DNA of 63,496 nucleotides, the filler included, from Intoshia linei (lineage: Eukaryota; Animalia; Orthonectida), in NCBI GenBank assembly GCA_001642005.1. It is 8 parts of 8 records of this genome, joined end to end, with 100 filler letters (N's around TTAATTAATTAA, not from the genome) between each part and the next. Parts side by side here need not be neighbours in the genome. Positions count along the whole stretch, not along the records: positions 1 to 1,341 come from LWCA01002664.1; positions 1,442 to 13,085 come from LWCA01001158.1; positions 13,186 to 32,643 come from LWCA01000731.1; 5 more parts are not named here. One strand, 5' to 3'. Position 1 is the stretch's first letter. The number at the start of each line of letters is the position of its first letter. The notes beneath the pieces are model-generated. The model saw only the letters and a list, made by a program, of their open reading frames with translations, was not told where the DNA came from and made no database searches. The translations under genes were made by a program, and so were the position numbers. Shown here piece after piece: positions 1-14,384 of the stretch.

Positions 1-1341
1 CTGGAGAATTTCCTACATTAGGAGATTGTATAGCATCCTCAACTAATGAATTATTAGAATTAGTTAATTCGATCTGTACAGGAGATTCTTTGGGACAATT
101 ATCCTGACAGATATATTGTTGTTGTAATTTTGAAGTAATTAAATCATTTCGTTTAAAAAATCGGGAATGAAAAGTAGGTTGTTTTGGTACATGTTTATCA
201 AAATTTCGTTTAACCCTAGATTGGTATTTACGCTGATTTGATTTTGCTGAGTTTATAAATCTATTTCGAGTATTATTGATTAATATTGAACGAGGGATAA
301 ATGGTAAAGACAAAGAGCGTCCGTATAATAATTCAGCCGGTGATTGCTTATTCTTAGAAGTAGGCATATTACGAATATCCGTAAGAATTTTAAATATTTG
401 CAAATCCCAATCATTTTTGNGAACGTTTTCGTGATCCCTACAGCTGAACATAAATTTTTGACAATAGCTGAATCAAATTGGGTACCTTGATCGGTGTGAA
501 TTTGATTTGGAACACCATACCGTGCGACAATATTATTTAGTATGTTATACGCCACACAATTAGCGGTCATATCTTCAATAGGAAAGATTTCAGGCCAACC
601 TGACAAATGATCGACCATAACCAATAAATAACGATTACCATTTTTTGTAACAGGCAATGGACCAGTAAAATCAACTTGCCACAATTCGTTAAATTTAGAT
701 GAAATAACTTGCTTTAATGGATGATTATAACGTCGCCTACCAGTTTTAAATAAATTACATTTAAAACATTTCCTAATAAAATCTGTAACGGCCTTTTTCA
801 ATCCCGTACAATAAAAATCCTGTTTAATTTTCATCACTATTTGAATAATGCCTGAATGGGAGTTGCAATGTAATTTGTCTATCAATTTATCTCGTAATAA
901 ATTAGGCGTAACAATAAGCATATTTCCATTATTCTGACTAAAATAAAGCAGATTATTTTTAATGGTGAATTTACGTAAGTTTTTATAGTACTTGTTTGAT
1001 GAGTCAACGGTTTTATGGTTGCGTAAGAATTAAATAACTTCTCTACAATGAGGATCATTTGATTGAAATTTTTGAAAATTTAACTCATCATTAGCATGTA
1101 TAATAGCATTACACCTGGAAAGTTGATCAGCCATTTTATTCATTGGCCCGGGTCTATATTTTATTACATAATCATAACTTTGTAAATCTTGAAACCATCT
1201 GAGTTTCATACCCCGCAATTTGGCTGAATTAGCTATTGTAGTTGAATTAAATTGATATTTTGTGAGTGATGATATAAATTGATGATAATTGTAGTTAAAG
1301 GATTGTGATCAGTTAATATAGTAAATTGTTTTCCAATTAAA
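1..1341 (-). mobile_element. Ty3/gypsy LTR retrotransposon pol remnant (RNase H, integrase)
   Basis: Minus strand reads LIGKQFTILTDHNPL and RWFQDLQSYDYVIKYRPGPMNKMADQLSR (RNase H end), then integrase HHCC (H..SHSG...CFKC) and core WQVDFTGP / VDHLSGWPE / HTDQGTQF. Stops and frameshifts present; the catalytic-E segment is missing at the single N at 420. Confidence 0.9.
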
Positions 1342-1441
1342 NNNNNNNNNNNNNNNNNNNNNNNNNNNNNNNNNNNNNNNNNNNNTTAATTAATTAANNN
1401 NNNNNNNNNNNNNNNNNNNNNNNNNNNNNNNNNNNNNNNNN
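1342..1441. other. Artificial contig spacer (44N-TTAATTAATTAA-44N). Identical spacers at 13086-13185, 32644-32743, 44881-44980, 46805-46904, 54541-54640, 57925-58024
   Basis: Seven identical 100-nt gaps, each carrying a palindromic 12-mer with stops in all six frames. Confidence 0.97.
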
Positions 1442-1975
1442 CACATTTCCAATGAAGACATATGGGTGAAAATCTATATAATTCATTCCTTCGGATTTTT
1501 TTATCATTTCTACGCAATTTTTATATTTCAAATTTTCATTTTCCAAACATTTTTTATAATCTTCAAATTTTAACACTACAGCAACGAATTTATAAAATTA
1601 CTGTGGAATCCACTTATAAGAGACATCCGGATATAAGGGACAAAAATCCGCTTATATTTGGCAATTTGTTTTTTAAAATGAATATTCAAGATTTTTTTAA
1701 AATAAATTATTACATTTTTGTAAAAAATGATTTTTGAAACTAATATTTTGACTAATTGTTTTAGTAATAAAGTTTAACCTCCAAAATGGCATTAAAAAGA
1801 AAATCACTAAAATTAGAAGAAAAAATAATTATTTTGGACAATATTTTAATAATTATTATTCTTACAACAGTACCAAATCTTATCGAGAATTATCGAATAT
1901 CCTGTCAGTTCCAAAACTTAAAATCAATTTTCAAAAAAAAATCTTAAAAACTCAATCAACAAAACATAACAAAGG

Positions 1976-2104
1976 ATTGATAATAGTTAATAGTAGAATT
2001 TTTAAGTTAGATTTTCAACGTGAATTTATTTTTTTGGTATAATAAAAAAGTGCCCTTGGCAGAGCTAGGTGTTGTTTGTACGTAGTACAAAACTGCCAAG
2101 CTAG
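1976..2104 (+). mobile_element. Putative non-autonomous Helitron 3' end
   Basis: Nested hairpin CTTGGCAG...TTGTAC-GTA-GTACAA...CTGCCAAG followed by CTAG|T; a homologous copy lies at 51416-51533. Confidence 0.55.
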
Positions 2105-2141
2105 TATATTATAATATGTATATTTAGTAAGTATATTATAC

Positions 2142-5100
2142 CAATATTGCAATCAAGTGGAGACCCTGATCCGATATCGGGTGTAGTAAATGCAATGGGA
2201 CATTTAATACATTTAACATTCTGAAATTTATTTCTATAATATCCACGCTCACACTCAACACATTTATCTTCATTGTCACTCTTTTCATATCCGGTATCAC
2301 AGTCATCTATAAATTCATAAATATTGACTACAAAAAAAATATACATATGCAATCAGATTCACTATCCTGACCAATTTTTAGTGTAGTATAATTTACAGGG
2401 CATTTTTCACATTTCGTTTGCCATTTTTTAGTTTGGTAATATCCAATTTGACATTTTTCACAAAGATCATCATTTATTCGTCTAGTACCGGGTTCGCATT
2501 TTACTAAATTAAATATAATTATATTATGATATTTAATTTCATGATACATAATAAATTATTGATAATTTAAAAAAAAGAGTATATAGTCAATAATTATTGA
2601 ATGTTAACTCAATAAAAATTAAACTCAAATAATATTGGATAAACCCAACTACAAGAAGAAAAATTTTAGAAAAAAAAAGAATTAATTATGTTTGGTGTAA
2701 AATATTAGAATAACGAGACCATATATACAAAATTATTTTACAAAGATGTAAGAATACAAATACACTTATTACTGTCTTAATTTTTAAAAAAAATAAAAAT
2801 ATTTCCGTTCAAAAAAAAACTCACAAAAACTAAAAAAATATGTATTTTTTTTGAATGATATACTTATGTATGTATATGTATATATATATGAATGGTATTA
2901 ATTAGTTCTACAATCATAATTAAAAAAATAAAATAGATAAATTAAAATTACCAATATTGCAATCATTATAAGATACAGATCCTTCATATTCTGTTATCAA
3001 GTCATTATTACATTTTTCGCACTTTAGAGCATCACCATCTGACTCTCTATACTCACCAATATCACATATAGTACACAATTTTCTATCCATGTTATAATAT
3101 TTACCAGCTCCGCACGATTCTATTTAAATAATTAATAAATCGTTAGACAAAGATTGTTTAATACAAAATTTATAAGTCTAATTTTCACTTCGCAGCAATC
3201 TCTGACTAATGTCGGTTTGCATTTAATGACTAAATGAGCGGTTCCCAAATGTCAGTTCGTAAAATAATTTTACCGGCCGTAGAAAAATTTTTTGAATATA
3301 TTTAAAATAAAAATATAATAATTATTAAATTTACATTATCGTATTTTTTTTTGAAAAGTCATTTTATAAAGAAATTTTATATTAAATTACCGCTGCGTGA
3401 TGAAGAAAGTGTGGGAACCTCTCACTTAAATACGATTAACAATTAATCGGTAAATGTCAATATGAAAAATTAACATTTAAATATAAAAAAACATCTTAGT
3501 ATACTACAACGGTATCCAAAATTTAATCAAAAAAATGTTTCAAGCGATCCAGAATATACAGAATATTCTTTAAATGATAATATAAAAATTTACCTACAGT
3601 ACAATTTGAAATTGAAGTGGAAGCAGAGTTTATAGTAAGCCTTTCATTGTAGCATTTTTTACAAAGTGAATGGTCATCACTATCTTTATAGAACCCAACT
3701 TTACATGGATAGCATTGCAAATTAATATTTTCGTAGCCCTCAGGGCAATTTTTGACATTACAATCGCTATCCGAAGTAGAACCAATACGTTTCGTGAAAA
3801 TTCCAATGGGACAGGGTTTACAATCTTCCTTGGAATTAGTACCTTTATAGTAACCAATTTTACAAGATTGGCATATTCCTTGAATAGATTCTTGACCAAG
3901 TGGACATATGTGTTCGGAGCAATCAAAAATGGACTGAGAACCCATTTTAACTGTTGAATATTCATTGGGACATTTAGTACATTCATATAAAGATCCATCT
4001 ACTGTTCTAAAATAACCAATTTGACAATAAATACATTTAGAATATTTAGAGTATTGTCCCGCGGGACATTTTTGAATATTACAATCACTTGCTAATATTG
4101 ATCCAGTAAATTTAGTCATAAATGTAGGTGGACATTTTATGCACCTACTTTCAGGAATTTCATTTTCTTTGTATGAACCAATTTCACAGGCGACACAAGT
4201 TCCTTTAATTTCTTCATAGCCTTTTTGACATATAAGTAAATTACAATCATTAATTGATTCAGAACTCATCTTTTCGGTTATGAAAGTGGAAGGACATTTG
4301 GCACATACTTTCAAAGGAAGGTTGTTATCTTTATAATATCCAATTTTACAAGGAGAACATCTTCCATCGTTTTCTTCGAAACCTTCATCACACTGTAGCA
4401 AATTGCAGTCGTTGATTGAAGTGGAAGCTGTAAAGTGTGTTAAATATGTTGATGGACAGTCACTGCACATTTCAGCATAATTGTTGTTATCTTTATATTT
4501 ATTGAGAGGACAAGGGGAGCATAAATTATTAATACTTTCGTAACCAGGTTCACATTTTTGGAGTTTACAATCGGTAATATACTTTGATGCCATAGTGGCC
4601 GTCACAAATGTAGCTGGACATTTATAACATTTTTGGGAAGGATAATTATTATTTTTGTAATATCCAACAGAACAAGGAGAACACTGATCATTAATGCTCT
4701 CATAACCAGCATCACATTTATGAACACTACAATCTTCAACTTTTTGAGATCCTGTATTTTCTGTAATAAACGTAATGGGACAAGCAACACATTTTGTGTT
4801 TGTTAAATCATTATTTTTATAAAAGCCAACCTTACATGGGGTACACATTTGAGCCACTTCTTCAAACCCTTTGGGGCATAGCTTTAAATTACAATCCTCA
4901 ACTTTAGTAGCACCTATACTATACGTAGAAAACGTTGCAGGGCATATTTTGCATACTTCCAAAGGATCTTCATTATCTTTATAATAACCAAGTTTACACG
5001 GTGTACATTTATCGTTTAAATTCTCAAATCCTTTAGGACAAATGTGAAGAATACAATCTGATTTATAAATTGATCCAGTTTTGACGGTAGTATATGAATC

Positions 5101-8100
5101 TGGACAGTGCTTACACTCATCGCCAGCATTTGTATTATCTTTATAATATCCTTGAATGCAAGCAACACACACACCGTTTATATCTTCTTGTCCCAATTCA
5201 CATCTCAAAACATTACAATCAGATAAACTATCTGATCCAATATTTTTTGTAGAATGCGTTATAGGGCAAATTGAACATTTTACATTTGCTGTGGTAATAT
5301 CTTTGTAATACCCTATCTTACATGGATTGCATTGATAATTTTCTTCTTCGTATCCTTTTGGACAAATGTGAACGTTACAATCATTTGAAGACGTAGATCC
5401 CGTAGTCTTAGTCACATGAGAAGAAGGACATTTAACACACAACTTTGTGGGTAATTCATTGTCTTTATAATATCCAATAATACAAGGTACGCATATTTGG
5501 GCAACTTCATGATAACCCTTTTGGCAAATCAATAATTTACAATCCAATAAAGACTTCGATCCTACACCAATTGTAGTGTAAGATACAGGACAATTCACAC
5601 AAAATGATTTGGGAGTATCCACACTTTTGAAATAAGCGACTGGGCAATCTGTACAAACTCCAAATATTTCTTGTTTTCCCTTTGGACATTTCAGCAAGTT
5701 ACAATCAGTATTACTAGTTGCCCCAGTAACGGCTGTTGCATAATTAATTGGACAGACAATACAGACATCAAGTGGTCCTACTGTAGACTTGTAAAATCCA
5801 ACTTTACAAGGTTGGCAAATACCATCAATATTTTCATAACCTATTTTACAAATTGGAATGTTACAATCTGTTGACGCTATAGAGCCTGTTGATATAGTTA
5901 CATGAGTTTTTGGGCAAGCCACACACATTTGGTTTACATTTTCATTATCCTTATAGAACCCAATTTGACATGGTATACATTTGTCTACTTTTCCTTCATT
6001 TCCTTTTGGACATTTCAAAACGTTACAATCAGTTATTAATTTTGACGCAGTTGAAGCCGTCACAAATGGTGAAATACATGCAGTACATTCTTTTTTAGGA
6101 ATATCATTGTCTTTGAAAAAACCAACAAGACACGGACTACAAGTTTCTACTGCCAAGTCAGCTTGATATGATCCGGGTGCACAATAAAACAGACAATTAG
6201 TTAATGCTGTTGATGCAGTACCAACAGTTGTTTTTCCAGCAGGACATGAAATACAAGACGTTTGCCATATTGCAGGTTGATATTGCCCACGAGGACAAGC
6301 AATGCATACATTTGTGGCTACATTTCTATAATTTCCGGCCGCACAGGCGGATATGGTACATTCAGCAGCAATTTTAGCACCTGGCGCAGTAGCAATAAAG
6401 TTTGCAGGACAAGAAACGCAATTAAAGTTTACTCCGGTAGTACGATATCGATCGATTGGACAATCTTTACAACTAGTCATGATGTACTCCTGGCCACTAG
6501 GGCAAATAATATAACACGAGGTAATCGTAGTTGAACCCAAATTTTGTGTTGTTTTATCAGCATCACAATATTTACATACTGTTTGACCAATCAAATCTTG
6601 ATAGCTTCCTTTTGGACAATCTATACAAACTGGAACTTGTATACCATTCACCAAATTAAATCCGTGATATTTTCCAATTGGACATTTATCAATACAATCC
6701 GTTAATGCGATCGATCCGGTATTCATTGTAATTTGATTTACAGGACATGATAGACATAAAGTTTGCTTAGTCAATGGTTGATACGTATTTATCGGACAAT
6801 TAAAGCATTCTCCCGCAACGAAATAAGTACCAATAGGACAGTCATAACAATTGTTATTTTGTAAGGTTTGACCTTCCAAACATGATGGTATTGTGTTTAA
6901 AGTAATAAATGTGGGATTCCCATTAACCAATAACTTAGTCAAATCACTTGCACCCAAATCTAACAAAAAATGATAAATCAAATTTTGCGCTTCCTGAGAA
7001 AGAGTTGAGTCATATACAATTAAAGGTATACCATCAATTGATAGTGTAATTAATGCAGAATTCTGTGATTGAGTTTGACGTCTTCTACGTTTTATAGCAT
7101 TTACTGAATTTGCAAGTAATAAATCCAAATTACTTGGAGTATGACAAGAAATCACCAATTTTACATTGCTACTTGTACAACAATCTCCATTAGGGCACAG
7201 TGCATTCTTTCCACCCAATGTCTTACCCCATTTCTGATTCACAGTATTCATAATTTTACAAAAATGATCCTTTATTGTATTAGTATTCAGTAATTGAAGA
7301 CATGCAGTGATACTGTCATATCGAATTAATACTTTTGCATTTAAATTTTCTTGCTTTACAACTAAAAATTAAATATTGATTAAAAAATATTATATATAAA
7401 TCTTTCTTGTTCATATGGGGTCGAGAGGTATAAAAGGTTGAGAACCACTCCCATATAACATTTTATTATACGATAATTTTGGTATACTTACGAAATTTTC
7501 CAACATTACCTAATAATAAATTAAAAAAGTAGGCCCTCATGATTGTAGAACCGGGCTATATTGTCCCTCTTCACGGACCTGGGTACTACCGACTTTTTCA
7601 GAGTGGTTCTCCTCTTCTAGCTACATATCTCTACTCCATTTTTCTAATATAAAAATGACATATAGAAAATGAGCGCCGCTTATTTTGCTGCAGAATGATA
7701 TTAATATTTTTAATATTTATTCAAAAAACCCCCGCGTCTTGAAGTTTAAAGTTTTCATTTTATGATTTCTCATTTAGTTTATTAAAAATTTTAATAATTC
7801 GTTGTCGTGTTAATAAATTTAAATAACAATTTTCAATCTGAATTTATAAAACTTTTAAAAATGACGAATATTGAAATGATTTAATCATTCGAAAGTTTAC
7901 AATAAAGATCCGAAATATTTTCATATTTTGTTGAATCAAACGGTATAATAAATAATTATTGAACCTTGTGAAAGATCATTTTCGACATTAATTAATGTTA
8001 GTAAATGAACTATTATAGTTGAAAATATATATGTTCAAAAACTATGAAGAAATGTAATTTATATTTTATTTGTTAAATTTAATTTAATTTAAATTCCTAC

Positions 8101-11100
8101 AAATTTTTTTAAACTAATGTACAAAAATAGTTAAGAAATATAAATAGTATCTACGGTAATAAAATATTCTACAAAGTGATGAATTAAATTTATCATTTTT
8201 AAATTCGTTTTACTGTTTTGCTTACAATAGTACTTAAAAAATATTTGAGTGGAAGCATTTAAAACATTTTGACCCAGTTTATATAAATTCATGTCTTTTT
8301 TTGAAATTATATAATTTTTTTAAAAATGACGAAAAGTTTGTCTGTGAACTGTGTCTAAAATAAACGATTTTTTATTGATTTATTTTAATTAATGTGATTA
8401 GTGTCTCATGATCTATGTTATATCTCATAATTATATCAAATGTAAAGTAACTATGGAAAAACAATGTTGCCATATTTTATTACTATGAAAAATGTTAGGA
8501 AAACAGAAAAAGGTAAAGATGCGGGGGTTTTTTGTGACAAAAATAAAAAAATTATATCATTCTGTAGCAAAATTAAATAAAGACTATTATCTATATGTGT
8601 TTTTAAAATTTCAAAAAAAAGTCAAAATTGGAATAGCCCTAATGTGGATCATAAATATATTCATGTGCCCCATGGATAGTGAGAAATGTGCCGCTGGACA
8701 ATAATAAAATAATTACTTTCACATTTTGGATATGTTACAGTCAATGTATTCCTATAACTGAACGATCCTTGTGTTCCGCATGTGTATATATTTGGACTTG
8801 CAACAAGAAAAGCAGAATTTTTTGGACATTTTGGTGCGCAGTGTTTAACTGGATAATATCCAGTTGAACAAAATTGAGTAGCAAATTTATCAGCAACATT
8901 CAGTTTAGGAGTTAGACAAAGCAATTCTGAATAATAATGTTATGAAAATAAGTTATGCATATATAATATGTATATTTACCTTGTACGGTATAATAAAATG
9001 AACATATCGCAGCATTTTTTGAAGCATCATATGCAATGTAAACAATATTATAGGTATCAGGGTTAAGAGAAGCACCGAGTGCATAATTTGATTGTGGTGT
9101 AGTTGTCGCTCCTTCAACTATTGGTATATCCCAACTACTTTGAACTTTTCCAGTAGATGTAGTGTGTATTTTATTACTGGGACAGGATTTAAATATGGGA
9201 GAGATTTTATCTAAAAAAATGAATTATACCGATAAAAAGTCATTATAAATAATCAATTCGCGACATTATCCATTTTTTGGATAAAATCAAAGCCAAGAAC
9301 TATAAAATTAATTTTATTTGCTAACCTTTTAGTGGCGTCTTGCAATTTGCGCCAGTAAATCCAACAGGGCAGACTGACACTACTTCGGTAACTTTACTTG
9401 GTCTTATAACGGATACACCACTACCAATCATATATTGTCCCCAATGTACCATCAAATTAGGTACAACAGTACTAGTAGGTGAACCAGATAAAGTCGAAAT
9501 TTCAGTATGAGTCAACTGTTTTGACCAACCAGTGACTCTTGTTATTGAACCAGTAATTTTAGTATTTGCAGTGAAATCATGATTATTTGGTGTATAAGCC
9601 GCTCCAAGAGAAACAGTCCCACTAAATCAATTATAAAAACTAAACATTTAACACTGTACTATTTCGCCAATTTTTTATTTAATGCATAGTTATTCATAGT
9701 ATATTCTTTAGCTGAATTTACATAAATTTCCAAATTTCCAGCTACATTGTCCCAAGCAATAACAACATAATACCATTTTTCAATAGAAAATAGATTAGCG
9801 TTAAATGTGTAAGATACTGATGATGCAGGATCAATTGAAACTGTAATCTTCTTTACATCAAAATCAATAATTTTACGAGCATCAACAATAGAAAAAGAAG
9901 ATCTAAATGAATTTATAAAATGAATTTTAATTTAATCATACGTCAATTCAAATAATTGAAACAATGTGCCACTTATCGTGTCCAATTTAAACCATAATCC
10001 AAACGTTAATGCACTTGAATCCATTAAAAATGGATGTAAACTTCGAACTCCTTGATTTTGTCCATTTGAAAAGAATTTCAAATCAAAATCAGGGTTGGCT
10101 TCTGTTAAATATATTACATTATTAAGGTTGACAATATATTTAGTTACCCAAAAGTATTCACAAAATAATTAATAATATAATAGTTATCATAATGGTTGTA
10201 AAATAATCATTTTTATATTTATCTCAATTATAAATGTAAAAAATAATAATAATGTATTGAATTTACTTGACTTGCAATCACTGCTTTCATAACCAGGAGG
10301 GCATAATATATAATATGTTCCAATTCCATCAATACATTTGGCTGGAACCACAATATTGACATTTAAACAATTATCTTTACTTTTTTCACATAAAGTGCCT
10401 TCAAAATCTAAAAATTAATATTAGTAGTTTTAAAGGTTAATATTATACCCAATTGACATTGGCACACATACTTATTACCATCATGCACCAATTTTCCATT
10501 GTTTTCGCATACAATTTTTGCACAAGCCTTTTTATTATATTCACAATATGATCCAGAGTAATCTAGATATACATGATATAGGTATAAACAAGATAATATG
10601 TATTTTATAGTAAGAAATAAAACTACCTCCGACACAGGTGCATGTATATTTGTTAACGGCTTCGACGCATGTGCTACCAGCTCCTAAACATGAATTGGCA
10701 TCACAATAAGTCAGTTTTGTTTCACAGACATTTCCAGAATAACCAGTTGTACACCTGTAATAAATTTTGTATTTTTTTATTACAAATATATAATAGTATA
10801 CATTAATATATAATTTTATACTAATTAATATTAATATTAGTAATAAGTCATTATAATACTTACGCACAGTAAATATCGTTAAAAATAGTATTGCATACGC
10901 CGCTATTTTGACATGTTTTTGTTAAACATATATTCAGTGGCTCGTCACAATTTTTTCCAGACCAACCAGCTGTGCAACTGCACGAATATGCATTTAAAGA
11001 ACTTGTACAGGCACCATTAACGCACGGATTGTGATTGCAATTGTTGTGAATAACCTGAAATAAAATAATTAAAGAGTAGTTAAATTAATTACATATTAGT

Positions 11101-12892
11101 CATACCTCAAAATGGATTTAATTGGTTATATTATAACAAAAGGGAATAAAGATACATAATTAAGATTTACTCATTTTTAAATCAACCCTTTAACAATTTT
11201 TTTTAAATGGGCCTAATTAAACTTTTTTAGCATGGTGGAAAATTGTTTTCATATTTTCCACGAAATTTAGAACTCTCTGAATTACACGTAAAAAAGTGCT
11301 ATCTAAATACTTTAATGTAATGGTGTAGTTATACTTACACTACATAAATTGCTATAATAACCAACTTTGCATATACATTGGAAAAGTAACTGAGATTCAA
11401 TTTCATTACATCCTTTATTAGGCAAAGTGACGTCCGTTCCAATTGCCGAGCATTTATTAGATGCACAACCAGCAATATATTTACTACAATCCTTACCGCT
11501 GTAATCAGTGCCACAAGCACATGAAAAATCATTAACCAGGTCAGTACATTTTTTTTTATTTTTGCAAGGATTTGGAATACAATTATCAATATTTACATTG
11601 CACGTTGCACCTTTATAACCTGTAGCACACGTACAAACAAACGTATATGTTCCCTCTTTACAAGTTCCACCATTCAAGCATGGATTTTGAGCACAATATA
11701 ATTTAACTCCACATTTTCCCAAATTTAACGAAGTAATTGAATAACCATTTCGAGCAGAAGTATAAACAGCCGGTGCTGAAATTTGAAATATTATTAAAAA
11801 TTAGATTAATATTACCGGAATTATAATCGCTGGGACAAACACAATATGCTTTACTTCCTTTGTAAGAATCAATGCACATTTCTGTAGCAGTGGTACATGT
11901 ATTTAAGCCACAATACTTTGGAACTGTAAAGCAGAACGTTCCAGTATAAGACTCTATACATGTACATGTAGCTCCGTTAGTGGTAGATGCACATGTTCCT
12001 TTTGGTCCACACGGTTTTTCCAGACAATAATCTAATTAATATATTACATGTATGATATGATATGATAGTATATAATAAATATAATAAATGAAAAACAAAC
12101 GATGATGTACTAAGTAGATTATACTTAAACAATAATAATTAAATAATTATTTTACATACGAATGATTAACATATAATTAATATCTATTATAATAAAATAT
12201 AAAATTATCTAAAAATATATTATAGAAATAGGCGTATTGAAGGAATAATAAATAAATACATTGAATATTTATATATGTAATATTTTACAATTTAATGTTA
12301 ATGGGTTAACTAATTATTTACCTATTTTTGTCGCACATTTATCACCATTATAACCTTTTGGACAATTACATATGGATCTAATACCGTATGAAACGCAGGT
12401 ACCAGCATTGCTACATGTTACTTTTGTGCAATAATCAAATTTAGTAGCGCATCTAAATAATAATTATATTTACAAATAAACTATTTTATTCACAAAAATT
12501 TATATTAAATTACATAATTATCATATACGAAAGTTCTTTTGTAAAATAATGGATATTAAATAAGTTTATTAATTTTTCATATATTAATAAATGGGGTGAC
12601 AATGTGAAAGATTTTTTATAGGGATTATGCATTTCAAAAAGTGTGAACCGTCAATAATTAATGGGTTCATAATTTTAATTTTCCGTAATTTTTCCGGAAG
12701 CGTTTAATGACATCAGTATTCTCTTATCGAATTGTAATTTAATTTTTATAATGTATTACGTTGCACCAGTAAATCCATCACGACATATACAAGTAAACCC
12801 AACAAGGGCATCAATGCATGATCCACCATTTGAACAAGGCGCTGCAGCACAATTGTTTGTAGTTTTAGTTTCACAGTTTACTCCAGTGTAAC
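2142..12892 (-). CDS. Large extracellular multidomain protein (EGF repeats, pentraxin/LamG, HYR, ~23 Cys-rich ephrin-receptor-like/GCC repeats); SVEP1/Uninflatable-like architecture; partial at both ends
   Basis: GT-AG EGF exons at 12760-12892, 12322-12452, 11816-12031, 11339-11775, 10864-11054, 10627-10754, 10449-10562 and 10267-10407. LamG/pentraxin-like exons ~9325-10101, HYR ~8980-9210, a further exon ~8715-8925, giant exon 3594-7361 with 20 ~54-aa CxxCxxGxYK repeats, and single-repeat exons ~2952-3119, ~2348-2503, ~2142-2307. Confidence 0.9.
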
Positions 12893-12926
12893 CTATTTAA
12901 ATAAATGAATATATATCATATATATT

Positions 12927-13085
12927 AGGGGTGTGAATTTTTTCACTTTTTTGCGAAAATATAAAAGTGCCACCTCATACGTGGAATATGGGGTTGAATG
13001 ATACACAATTATCTAAAAATTATATAAAAATGATTAAAAAAAACCCTGGGGCAAAGCACTTCAAAATATGAATAATGAGCAAAAT
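12927..13085 (+). mobile_element. hAT-type MITE left end (same family as 52588-53123), truncated by the gap
   Basis: Near-identical over ~155 nt to 52588-52745; starts TAGGG. Confidence 0.8.
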
Positions 13086-14384
13086 NNNNNNNNNNNNNNN
13101 NNNNNNNNNNNNNNNNNNNNNNNNNNNNNTTAATTAATTAANNNNNNNNNNNNNNNNNNNNNNNNNNNNNNNNNNNNNNNNNNNNGTCTTTTTTGATTTC
13201 AAATATTTTCAAATGGATATTCGTAACATACACAAAATTTCTCATCTTTTCCCGTGGGCTATTTTTTGTTTAATCAAAAAAAGGTGTTTTTGGACACAGG
13301 TTAACGAAAAATGATCAATAGTAGAAAATAATAGAGTGAATACCTGGTATAATCGCTCAAAATTTAATAGCCCATCAAATTTTATAAGCAGTCCAGTAAA
13401 ATAATCTAATTTTTCAGTATACTTTTCCTGGTCTAAATACAATAATAAACGTTAATAATAATTAAAATGCAAAATGACTATATCACGTATAGACAATATA
13501 CCCGTGAGCTGTTTACATCCAGACCGTTATAATTTTTATAATAAAAAGTATTTTTTACTTAATTAATTTAACATTCTAAATTGTACAATGTACATTATAT
13601 AGCTGTTCTCTATTTATATAATTATGTTTGTAAAATGAAAGTCCTGTTTGCATTTATTATAGTCATTTTTTAAAATTAACGGTAATGGTCGGAAATCATA
13701 GGAAATGAATATTAACTATGCCTTAACTACATCTGAGACTTTGAGTACCTTCAACCATTGCTCATAAACAGTATTATAAAATAAAATTTATAATATTTTA
13801 CGATTTTTAACATTATTTTTTATTGCATTCAAATATGAACTCAAATTTTCTTAAATTATTTAAATTGTATTGTTAATTATTTAATGTAATTTTAAAAATA
13901 TAAATCAAATATTTTCCATTATTGAAACATTAAAGATCGCAACTTTCCTTAATATTGTATTTTTATTGGAGATAATAATTTTAAATTTAATTTTATTTTT
14001 ATGAATGTCACGTATTAGTATCATATACGTCATTTCCGCAAATTATTATTTTTATACATTTATTTATTTACTTAATCATGCCAGGAAATTCTATTCATAA
14101 TAGAACATTAATCTAGTCAAGTGTTTCTTATTTAAATATCTACCGACTTTATATCATTATTGATGAAATTATATAATGATTCGATATTATTCGTAATAGC
14201 TAAGTAATTTTCCTAACTACAAGGAATTTGTAAGTTTATTACGTTTCATATTGAATTTAGTGTATAATTAGATTATTCATCCAATATATAATTTAGATTT
14301 AAAAAAAGTTCAGTTACATTAATTGTATCGTTACAAGTTTGTATTTTTTCAATTTAATATTTTGTGAGCCTTTAAAAATAAACA

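Noticed and set aside
1386-1397. Recurring TTAATTAATTAA palindrome as a biological motif
   Set aside because: It is always centred in identical 100-nt N gaps, so it is an assembly linker.
3630-6534. Short ORFs overlapping the giant exon
   Set aside because: Alternative-frame or antisense shadows.
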